Assembly (NCBI GenBank): GCA_013791995.1
Contig: VMSS01000125.1
Span: 1-47,073 of the forward strand
Direction of reading: 5' to 3'
Source: Desulfurivibrio sp.
GTDB taxonomy: Bacteria; Desulfobacterota; Desulfobulbia; Desulfobulbales; Desulfurivibrionaceae
DNA length: 47,073 bases
The notes under the pieces are model-generated. The model was not told the origin of the DNA, did no database searches, and saw only the letters and a list, made by a program, of their open reading frames with translations. Shown one piece after another: positions 9,952-18,157 of the stretch; position 1 is the first letter of the stretch; each line of letters opens with the position of its first letter. The position numbers were made by a program, and so were the translations under genes.

Positions 9952-10950
9952 TTGGCACAAAAAGCGAAAGTTCTGGTTATAAGCTCCCTGGTTGTTCTCA
10001 TAAGTCTGTTGCATTATTTTACCCAACAGACAGAAACATTCCATCATATCGTTTTTCGCGAGGTCTACTTTTTACCCGTTATCTTGGCCGGTTTCTGGTA
10101 CGGGCTACGCGGCGGGCTTATCGTGTCGCTTCTTATCACGGCATTTTATGGACCGTTTATTCTTTTATCGTCAGGAAGAGCAGCATATCTTCTCTTCGGC
10201 AATGTGATGGAATTGCTGTTGCTCAACATTGTCGGCGTCCTGGTAGGCTGGCTTCGTGATCGCGAGACGAAGAGTCAGGCTGCGTTGCGCAACGCCGAGA
10301 GCTTGGCCGCCATGGGCACGGCCGTATCCGCCATAGCCCATGACATGAAGACGCCACTTGTAGCCATAGGCGGGTTTGCCGGACAGTTACGCAAGAAAAT
10401 AAACGATGAAACACTGCTCAAAAAAGTCGATGCCATCATAAGCCAATCAGCCCGCCTTGAAACCATGGTCAGGGATATGCTCGCTTTTTCCCGGCCATTA
10501 ACCCTTAAAAAAGACAAGGGCAACCTGAAATCCTTAGCCGAGGAAACCATTGAAACCGCTGCAGAAATTGCCCGGAAGAGGGGTGTTCAATTCGTGTTTG
10601 AGGCGAAAGACGATTTGTCGGAAGTGGTGTTTGATGCCCATCGCCTGCAGCAAGCCATACTCAATCTGGTGGTCAACGCAGTGGAGGCATCTCCGAATGG
10701 GGAGACCGTGGCTGTAATTATTCGCAAGCACGGAGATATGGTCGAAATTGATGTTGCCGATCGTGGCGAGGGTATTCGCGAGGACCAAAGGGATGAGATT
10801 TTCAAGCCTTTTGTGTCAAGCAAGAAAACCGGAACCGGTCTTGGCCTTGCCATTGTCAAAAAAATAGCAGAAGCCCATGGCGGTGGCATCGCGGTATTAA
10901 CCAACCAAAAACAGGGCACAATTTTTCGCTTCAGCCTGCCACGCACGTAA
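9952..10950 (+). CDS. Membrane sensor histidine kinase (no adjacent response regulator)
   Basis: TM N-terminus, H-box AHDMKTPL, N-box NLVVNA, G1 DRGEG and G2 GTGLGL. Confidence 0.92.
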   Translation: MAQKAKVLVISSLVVLISLLHYFTQQTETFHHIVFREVYFLPVILAGFWYGLRGGLIVSLLITAFYGPFILLSSGRAAYLLFGNVMELLLLNIVGVLVGWLRDRETKSQAALRNAESLAAMGTAVSAIAHDMKTPLVAIGGFAGQLRKKINDETLLKKVDAIISQSARLETMVRDMLAFSRPLTLKKDKGNLKSLAEETIETAAEIARKRGVQFVFEAKDDLSEVVFDAHRLQQAILNLVVNAVEASPNGETVAVIIRKHGDMVEIDVADRGEGIREDQRDEIFKPFVSSKKTGTGLGLAIVKKIAEAHGGGIAVLTNQKQGTIFRFSLPRT

Positions 10951-10982
10951 ATCGAATTAAAAAAACCACAGGAGGCTCGACC

Positions 10983-12392
10983 ATGGGAAGAAAGGGGATT
11001 TGGAGATCATTTCCGGCAGCCTTGGCAGCCTCTTTTTTCATGTTTAGTGCGTCAATTTCCGCAGCCCAGGAAAATCCCCTGCCCATTCCGCCGCTGCTCA
11101 CTAATCAGAGCAGCGATCCTGCCGTGGCCCGCTTCGAACTCACCGTGCAAAAAGGAGAAACCGAGTTTTTCCCCGGCAAGCCGAATATCACCCTCGGGTA
11201 TAACGGCAACCTTCTGGGCCCCACTCTCCGTGCCAAACGCGGCCAGCGAGTGGAGGTAACCGTGCATAACTCCCTTCGGGAATACACTACAGTGCACTGG
11301 CATGGCATGCTGCTCCCAGGAAGCGAAGACGGCGGACCCCACCAGGTTGTGGCTCCTGATTCCGACTGGAAAGCCCGGTTCACCGTGAACCAGCCCGCAG
11401 CCACACTCTGGTATCACCCGCATGGCATCGGCAACACCGCCACTCAGGTCTATTATGGTCTGGCCGGTTTTTTTATTTTGGACGATGAAGCCTCGGACAA
11501 ACTCAACATCCCAAAGGAATACGGGGTGGACGATATCCCGCTGGTTGTTCAGGATCGCCGTTTTTCCTCTGACGGCGTTTTGCTTTACAACACCACCATG
11601 CGGGACATCATGTATGGCATGCAGGGGAAAACGCCATTGATCAATGGAGCGGTGAACCCCTATCTCACGGTGCCGCGGTCAAAGGTTCGGTTGCGACTCT
11701 TAAACGGCTCCAATGCCGGTTTTTATGACTTTAATTTCGAGGGCAACAAAAAGTTCCACCAGATTGCCTCGGACGGTGGCTTGCTGACCCGGCCTGTGGA
11801 AATGAATCATCTGCAGCTATCGCCCGGGGAGCGGGGTGAGATCGTGATGGATTTTTCCGGCTATGGACCAGGCACCGTGCTGCATCTGCGCAACGGAAGG
11901 CTTCCGGTGCTGAAAATCATTGTGGGAAAAGGAAAAAAAGAAAGCCCGCCGCTTCCGGAAATTTTGGCGGTTGTGCCGCCCCTGCCCTATGATGGCACGG
12001 AAACAGTGCGTCGCTTCACCTTAAGCGGTTTGGGGCGCATGGTGGGAATCAATGGCCAACAGATGAATCTGCGGCGAATCAACGAACAGATGGACTTAAA
12101 CAGTACGGAGATCTGGGAAATAACCAGCCGGACCGGCATGATGGGGATGATGGGGGGAGGCGGCGGAATGCTGCATAATTTCCATGCCCATGGCATCCAG
12201 TTTCAGATCTTGGCGCGCAACGGCTCCATGCCGCCGGAAAACGAGCGGGGCTGGAAAGATACTCTCCAAGTAAGGGAAGGTGAGGTGGTTCAGCTGATCA
12301 CCCGGTTCCATTATCCGGGCGATTTCATGTACCACTGTCATGTACTGGAACATGAAGACAACGGCATGATGGGGCAATTTCGTGTGGAATAA
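10983..12392 (+). CDS. Multicopper oxidase (CueO/Mco-like)
   Basis: Copper ligand motifs VHWHG, WYHPH, HNFHAHG and YHCHVLEHEDNGMM. Confidence 0.93.
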   Translation: MGRKGIWRSFPAALAASFFMFSASISAAQENPLPIPPLLTNQSSDPAVARFELTVQKGETEFFPGKPNITLGYNGNLLGPTLRAKRGQRVEVTVHNSLREYTTVHWHGMLLPGSEDGGPHQVVAPDSDWKARFTVNQPAATLWYHPHGIGNTATQVYYGLAGFFILDDEASDKLNIPKEYGVDDIPLVVQDRRFSSDGVLLYNTTMRDIMYGMQGKTPLINGAVNPYLTVPRSKVRLRLLNGSNAGFYDFNFEGNKKFHQIASDGGLLTRPVEMNHLQLSPGERGEIVMDFSGYGPGTVLHLRNGRLPVLKIIVGKGKKESPPLPEILAVVPPLPYDGTETVRRFTLSGLGRMVGINGQQMNLRRINEQMDLNSTEIWEITSRTGMMGMMGGGGGMLHNFHAHGIQFQILARNGSMPPENERGWKDTLQVREGEVVQLITRFHYPGDFMYHCHVLEHEDNGMMGQFRVE

Positions 12393-12433
12393 GAACGGTT
12401 GCAAAGGGAATGGCTCGAATGTGGGACACAATC

Positions 12434-13270
12434 TCACAAACGCTTGTGCCAGACATTCATGCTTTGCAGGTCCCCTGAAATCTGGGTATTGTTGACCAAA
12501 GGCCCGGCGTAGATGTAGTCGTGCTTGGCAAAGGTAATATTCATGCCAAAGGAATAGGCCCGGGCAATGGTGTAGACGGTCTTGATGCCGAGCTGACGGA
12601 TCCCCTCTTCCATCCTGGCCAGAAGAAAGGTTGCCAGCCCCAGGCCGCGGGCTTCGGGCAGGGTCGCAAAATCCGTCATTTCCGCATTCTGCCCGGCGTA
12701 ATCAATTTCCGCGGACGACACGGCAATCAATTTTTCTTCGTCCCGGATGCCGAAATAGATCACATTTCCATCCATGGTCTTGGCGAGATAGTCGGGGTCT
12801 TGAATGGGAAATGGATAAGAAGCAAATACCTGTCGGTAGAGTTGGGCCATCTCCTCAACGTCATGTTTTTCCATGGTCTGGAAGGAAAGACCCGATGGCA
12901 GGGCGGCTTCTTCCATGGTCCCTGCTTTCTGTTCCGCAATTTCCAAAACCTGCGATACAAGCTCGGGCTGTTTTTCCTGCTCCCGCTCAGTGGAGAAAAA
13001 TCTGCTCAGAAAAAAGCTGTCTTCTTTCCCTTTAAAAAATGCGGGAATCTTCGCCTCTTCAACAAATCCACGGCTCAAAAACCTGTCTTTGGCAAAAGTC
13101 GGCGCCTTGACGAAAATCTTGCTGTACCCCTTTCTCCGCGCCAGCGACACGACAAAATCAATAATCTTGGCGCAGTCCGTTTTCCCGACCTTCATCACGT
13201 AGGCCCGGTCGTTGACCGTGCCGTGCTGGATTATCGAATCTCCAAGCTGCTCAATGGCATCAGGCTTCAT
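12434..13270 (-). CDS. ablB: Beta-lysine N-acetyltransferase
   Basis: GNAT fold with [26 protein letters not shown] and MNVWHK; directly downstream of the aminomutase. Confidence 0.9.
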   Translation of the reverse strand: MKPDAIEQLGDSIIQHGTVNDRAYVMKVGKTDCAKIIDFVVSLARRKGYSKIFVKAPTFAKDRFLSRGFVEEAKIPAFFKGKEDSFFLSRFFSTEREQEKQPELVSQVLEIAEQKAGTMEEAALPSGLSFQTMEKHDVEEMAQLYRQVFASYPFPIQDPDYLAKTMDGNVIYFGIRDEEKLIAVSSAEIDYAGQNAEMTDFATLPEARGLGLATFLLARMEEGIRQLGIKTVYTIARAYSFGMNITFAKHDYIYAGPLVNNTQISGDLQSMNVWHKRL

Positions 13271-14576
13271 CTCTTCTCTCCATTCGCTTGTTGTTTTCCG
13301 GGGTCAGGGAAATGGTTTGGTGGTAATCCGAAAGCAGCCGTTCGATCCCGGTGGAGCGAAACTCCTCGGCATCCTCCAGATTCAACTGCAGATGGCAGTC
13401 GTCACAGTTCCGATCACAAAAAACCGGTTCGTAGCTGTCCGGCTCTTTATAGCTGGTGATGACCCCTTCGTAGTTGCGCAGGATCACCTTGTTGGTGGAG
13501 TGGGAAATGAGGTAGCTGGGGTTCACCGGAATCTTGCCGCCGCCGCCCGGCGCATCGATAACGTAGGTGGGCACGGAAAAACCGCTGGTATGACCGATCA
13601 GGCTCTCCATGATCTCGATTCCCTTGCCAACCGGGGTGCGGAAATGGGACAACCCTTCCGAAAGGTCGCATTGGTACAGGTAATAGGGACGCACCCGGTT
13701 TGCCACCAGCTTGTGCACCAGGGATTTCATTATCCGCGGGCAGTCGTTTACTCCGGCCAGAAGAACCGACTGATTCCCCAGGGGGATGCCGGCATCGGCC
13801 AGACGCTGCAACGCCTGCTTGGAAGAAGTGGTGATCTCCCGGGGGTGATTGAAATGGGTGTTGACCCAGACGGGATGGTGTTTTTTCAGCATGGTCACCA
13901 GTTCGGGGGTGATGCGGTAGGGAAGCACCACCGGCATGCGGGTGCCGATCCGGATCACCTGCACATGCTCGATCTTGCGAAGCTCGGTAAGAATCCAGTC
14001 CAGATACTTGTCCGAGAGCATCAGAGGATCGCCGCCGGAAAGGAGGACATCCCGGATTACCGGGGTGTTGCGGATATATTCCAGCCCCTTCTCGATATCA
14101 TCGCTGCCGGGGACGGAATCGGTATCGCTCACCTTACGCTTCCGGGTGCAGTGGCGGCAGTACATGGAGCAGATGTTACTGATATGAAAAAGGACCCGAT
14201 CGGGATAGCGATGGGTGATTCCCGGCACCGGACTGTCTTTGTCCTCGGAGAGCGGATCGGCCATGTCGAATTTTTCAATATCCAGTTCCCTCGGCGAGGG
14301 AAAGGCCTGCTTGAACACCGGGTCGTTCTGATAATCCTCGGCATTGATCAGGGAAAGGTAATACGGGGTAATCGAGAGGGGGAACTTTTCTAAAGTCAGC
14401 TCCAATTGTACCCGCTCTTCTTCCTCGAACCGGATTCCCAACACGGATTCAACCGTCGAAACTTTCTTGATTGCGTGCCGTAACTGCCAACGCCAGTCTC
14501 TCCAGTTGGCAAGATCAACGGTTTCGGTGGTGATTATCTGGGCGATGTTTTGCTGGTTGGCTGAGTAGATGGTCAT
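13260..14576 (-). CDS. ablA: Lysine 2,3-aminomutase (radical SAM/PLP)
   Basis: [39 protein letters not shown]; AAAGGA RBS before ATG 14576. Confidence 0.93.
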   Translation of the reverse strand: MTIYSANQQNIAQIITTETVDLANWRDWRWQLRHAIKKVSTVESVLGIRFEEEERVQLELTLEKFPLSITPYYLSLINAEDYQNDPVFKQAFPSPRELDIEKFDMADPLSEDKDSPVPGITHRYPDRVLFHISNICSMYCRHCTRKRKVSDTDSVPGSDDIEKGLEYIRNTPVIRDVLLSGGDPLMLSDKYLDWILTELRKIEHVQVIRIGTRMPVVLPYRITPELVTMLKKHHPVWVNTHFNHPREITTSSKQALQRLADAGIPLGNQSVLLAGVNDCPRIMKSLVHKLVANRVRPYYLYQCDLSEGLSHFRTPVGKGIEIMESLIGHTSGFSVPTYVIDAPGGGGKIPVNPSYLISHSTNKVILRNYEGVITSYKEPDSYEPVFCDRNCDDCHLQLNLEDAEEFRSTGIERLLSDYHQTISLTPENNKRMERRDEA

Positions 14577-14880
14577 ATGTAATTCCTTTCTGGTTGAGAG
14601 GTTGTCAATAAACAAGCTCTTATGTGCGTTATGCGAAGTTTTCTCTCAACATTCAGGATACTGTCCCTTCCTGTTGACCTGGGCTTTCTGCCGGCGATGC
14701 TGAAACTTGTAACTTTACGACCATGCCCGCTGTTGACTGAAACAAAACCAGAAAATCGGTTCTGCTTGCTCAACGTCGGCCAAAGTTAGGAACGGGAATG
14801 TAGGAAACAGCCTTGATGCGGAGGTCGGAAATCTACGGAAGGGTTAACGTGACGCCGGTTCGGGGAAAAATAGTACGGGA

Positions 14881-15426
14881 CTAGAGAACCGGTGGAGCTT
14901 CAATTTTTCGGGCCTCCATCATATCAACCACCTTTTCCAGAGCCAGGGTAATGGAAACCTGTTCCAATTCGGGAAGATTTTTTAAGGACTCGGCCAGGGT
15001 TTCCTGTAAAGGCGAGGGGGCGTTAGCGATCAAAGCTTCGCCTGCCTCCGTCACACAAACCTGCACCAAGCGTCGATCTTTGCTACCCCGCTGGCGAACC
15101 GCCAACCCTTTGTCCGCCAAACGGTCGACGATTCCCACAACCGTGCTTGGGCTCTGGTAGACCATGCGGGCCAGATGGGTGATCGTCAAAGGACCGCCCT
15201 TGGCAAGAGCCAGCAGACAGCCAAGCTGCGGCCCGGTTATCTCATGTTCCTGGGCCAGCTTATGGGAATGAATTTCAACCGCCCGGATGATGCGCCGAAT
15301 GGATTGAAGAATGCGCAGCTCATAGCTGCTTTTTGGCACCGGCGGAGTAACTCCGGGTCCCAATATGACCTCCCCTCCCCCTTCCGGGGCGGAGACTCCA
15401 GATTTTTTCCTCAACACATTACGCAT
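14881..15426 (-). CDS. MarR-family regulator (EctR/CosR-like)
   Basis: ILQSIRRIIRA...ITGPQL...SPSTVVGIVDRL...DRR; lies upstream of the osmolyte genes. Confidence 0.85.
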   Translation of the reverse strand: MRNVLRKKSGVSAPEGGGEVILGPGVTPPVPKSSYELRILQSIRRIIRAVEIHSHKLAQEHEITGPQLGCLLALAKGGPLTITHLARMVYQSPSTVVGIVDRLADKGLAVRQRGSKDRRLVQVCVTEAGEALIANAPSPLQETLAESLKNLPELEQVSITLALEKVVDMMEARKIEAPPVL

Positions 15427-15474
15427 CGGCACCGCGCTCTTTATATTTCAACTCAAATAATTCGTATCCGAACA

Positions 15475-15503
15475 ATTAGAACACAAATGACCGCATTTGT
15501 CAA
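15475..15503 (-). promoter_or_regulatory. Sigma70 promoter of marR(-ablAB)
   Basis: Minus strand reads TTGACA (15503-15498), 17 nt, TCTAAT (15480-15475). Confidence 0.7.
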
Positions 15504-15691
15504 GTGTGAGGCCGCGGAACTGCGCCACTTGTGCCTTGCTGTTCTTGTTTTCAGCATTGACAACCTGCCCAAAAAAATGCGATGCTCCCTGAGGCTTCAG
15601 GAAAAACCGGAAGCCTTGGTTCCGCTTGACAAAAAAGGTGCATCCGCCTCTCGTTTTACGGCGACCCAACACAGCAACGGCCGCATAAAAA

Positions 15692-16459
15692 ATGATCCAG
15701 CCCCAAACGATATTTGCAGCCAAAAAAATATTTCTGACTGTTTATAAAAAACTGCGGGATGCAGTGACAGATCTCTTGCCGATCGTCCTGGTTATCGCTT
15801 TTTTTCAGGTGCTCATCATCCGGCAGCCTCTGCCCCAGTTCGGCGAGGTCCTGTTCGGGGGATTGCTTGTGGTGCTTGGCTTGAGCCTCTTTATCCAAGG
15901 ACTTGAGATGGGGCTTTTTCCCATCGGCGAGGCCATGGCCCATGGACTTGCCCGCAAGGGCAGCCTGTTCTGGCTTCTCTGTTTTGCCTTTGCCCTTGGT
16001 TTCTCGACTACTGTGGCGGAGCCCGCCCTTATTGCCGTATCCCGCGAAGCTGCCGAAATTGCCGCCCAGGGAAATCTCATCCCGCAAAACGCAAAATCGC
16101 TGAACAGCTATGCCCTGGGGCTTCGCTTGTCCGTGGCCTTTTCCGTGGGGCTTGCCATCCTTATCGGGGTGTTGCGGATCCTGCGGGGCTGGCCCATCCA
16201 TTATCTCATCATCGGCGGGTATGCCCTGGTCATGCTGATGACCACCATCGCCCCGGATGAAATCATCGGCATTGCCTACGATGCGGGCGGCGTGACTACC
16301 TCGACCATCACCGTACCCCTGGTCGCCGCCCTTGGCGTGGGCCTTGCCTCGATCATCAAGGGACGCAGCCCGCTGCTGGACGGCTTCGGCCTCATCGCCT
16401 TTGCCTCTCTGCTTCCCATGATTTTTGTCATGGGATACGGACTGGTTATTTTCGGATAA
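15692..16459 (+). CDS. DUF1538 membrane protein
   Basis: [25 protein letters not shown] and [11 protein letters not shown] motifs. Confidence 0.88.
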   Translation: MIQPQTIFAAKKIFLTVYKKLRDAVTDLLPIVLVIAFFQVLIIRQPLPQFGEVLFGGLLVVLGLSLFIQGLEMGLFPIGEAMAHGLARKGSLFWLLCFAFALGFSTTVAEPALIAVSREAAEIAAQGNLIPQNAKSLNSYALGLRLSVAFSVGLAILIGVLRILRGWPIHYLIIGGYALVMLMTTIAPDEIIGIAYDAGGVTTSTITVPLVAALGVGLASIIKGRSPLLDGFGLIAFASLLPMIFVMGYGLVIFG

Positions 16460-16477
16460 TGCACACGGACTGAGCCA

Positions 16478-17275
16478 ATGTCTTTTTTTAAACTTTTTAC
16501 GGGGATATTTCTGGACACGCTGCGGGATGTGCTGCCCATCCTGCTCCTGATCGTCTCCTTTCAGCTTTTTGTTTTGCGCCAGCCCATCCCCCATCTGCGC
16601 CGTCTCATTGTCGGCGGTATCTATGTGGTGGTCGGCCTGGCTCTCTTTCTGGCCGGTCTTGAAAAAGCCCTGTTTCCACTCGGCAAGATAATGGCCACCC
16701 AGCTTTCCGATCCGGCCTTTATCTATGGCGCCAAGACAGCGGTTACCCAGCCCGACTGGATGGCCTACGGCTGGATCTATCTCTTTGCCTTCATGATCGG
16801 TTTTGCCACCACCATTGCCGAGCCTTCACTCATTGCCGTAGCATTTAAGGCCAACGAGGTCTCCGGCGGCGTCATCAACCAGTGGGGGCTGCGCCTTACC
16901 GTGGCCTTCGGAGTGGCCGTGGGCATCACTTTGGGTGCCTTTCGCATAGTCAGCGGCACGCCGCTGTATCTGTACATCCTGGTCGGTTATCTGATTGTGA
17001 TAGTGCAGACCATTTTTGCCCCAAAAAATATAATCCCGCTGGCCTACGATTCCGGCGGGGTGACCACCTCGACGGTGACCGTACCCCTGGTTGCCGCTTT
17101 AGGTCTCGGCCTGTCATCAACTGTTCCGGGGCGCAACCCGGCCCTGGATGGTTTCGGCCTCATCGCCTTTGCCAGTCTTTTCCCGATAATAACCGTTCTG
17201 GGTTATGCCCAATATATGCAATGGTCTGTCGGCCGGAGCAAAAAGAAACTCAAGGAGGACAACAATGCGATTTAA
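16478..17275 (+). CDS. DUF1538 membrane protein (paralog of the previous gene)
   Basis: ATTIAEPSL, LAYDSGGVTTSTVTVP and [11 protein letters not shown] motifs. Confidence 0.88.
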   Translation: MSFFKLFTGIFLDTLRDVLPILLLIVSFQLFVLRQPIPHLRRLIVGGIYVVVGLALFLAGLEKALFPLGKIMATQLSDPAFIYGAKTAVTQPDWMAYGWIYLFAFMIGFATTIAEPSLIAVAFKANEVSGGVINQWGLRLTVAFGVAVGITLGAFRIVSGTPLYLYILVGYLIVIVQTIFAPKNIIPLAYDSGGVTTSTVTVPLVAALGLGLSSTVPGRNPALDGFGLIAFASLFPIITVLGYAQYMQWSVGRSKKKLKEDNNAI

Positions 17276-17612
17276 GGTCATTCTCGCTTCGGTAAAACCC
17301 GATATTACCGACAAAGTCGTGGACACCGCCAAAGCGGCAGGGGCAACGGGTGCGACCATCATCCCGGCCCGGGGCACCGGCATCCATGAGGCAAAAACCT
17401 TTTTTGGCCTCGCCCTTGAGGCCCAAACCGATATCATCATGTTTCTGGTGGAGGAGCATGTTGTCCAGACCATCTTGAAAGCCATCATGGAAGGGGGCGA
17501 ATTTCACAAGCCCGGCACCGGCATCGCCTTTGTTTTGCCGGTGGAGCATGTTGTCGGGTTGGAAAGCCAGATGGCGCGGTTCAAGGAAGAGGTTCGGGAA
17601 AATTATTTTTAA
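17265..17612 (+). CDS. PII-like signalling protein
   Basis: AAGATGATIIPARGTG and PGTGIAFVLPVE; AGGAGG RBS. Confidence 0.88.
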   Translation: MRFKVILASVKPDITDKVVDTAKAAGATGATIIPARGTGIHEAKTFFGLALEAQTDIIMFLVEEHVVQTILKAIMEGGEFHKPGTGIAFVLPVEHVVGLESQMARFKEEVRENYF

Positions 17613-17675
17613 CAACCATATTGCTTCTGTAAGCAACGAACGGCAACACCCGTCAGAGAAAAAATGGAGAATTGT

Positions 17676-18080
17676 ATGAATCCGGAAAGCACAGCAATTG
17701 TCAGGGCGAAAGATGTTATGAGCAAAAACGTGGTCTCCATCGACGGCATGGCCACGGCAAAAGAGGCCGCTGCAAAAATGCGGGGGAACCGGGTATCCGC
17801 CATGCTGGTGGGCAAACGCAACCCGGATGATGCCTGGGGCATTCTGGTGGTGCAGGATTTTATCCGGGGAGTGATTATTCCCGGGCGCTCATCCTCCGAG
17901 GTCAATGTGTACGAGATTATGACCAAACCAGTGATAACCGTGCCGGCGGACATGGATATCCGCTATGTGGCCCGCCTGCTTTACCGGGCCGGTATTCGCA
18001 GGGCGCCGGTTGAAGAACGGGGAGAGATCATCGGCATGATTTCTCTGTCCTCCCTCATCCTGGAAAACGAGTTGTTCTAG
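17676..18080 (+). CDS. Tandem CBS-domain protein
   Basis: RAKDVMSKNVV...VYEIMTKPVITV...RRAPVEE. Confidence 0.88.
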   Translation: MNPESTAIVRAKDVMSKNVVSIDGMATAKEAAAKMRGNRVSAMLVGKRNPDDAWGILVVQDFIRGVIIPGRSSSEVNVYEIMTKPVITVPADMDIRYVARLLYRAGIRRAPVEERGEIIGMISLSSLILENELF

Positions 18081-18157
18081 GAGTCGGTCAACGTCGAACT
18101 TGTCTGGTCTCCAGTCGGTTTCCCCGAGTTGTTTCATACAAAATTGAGGGGACACCC

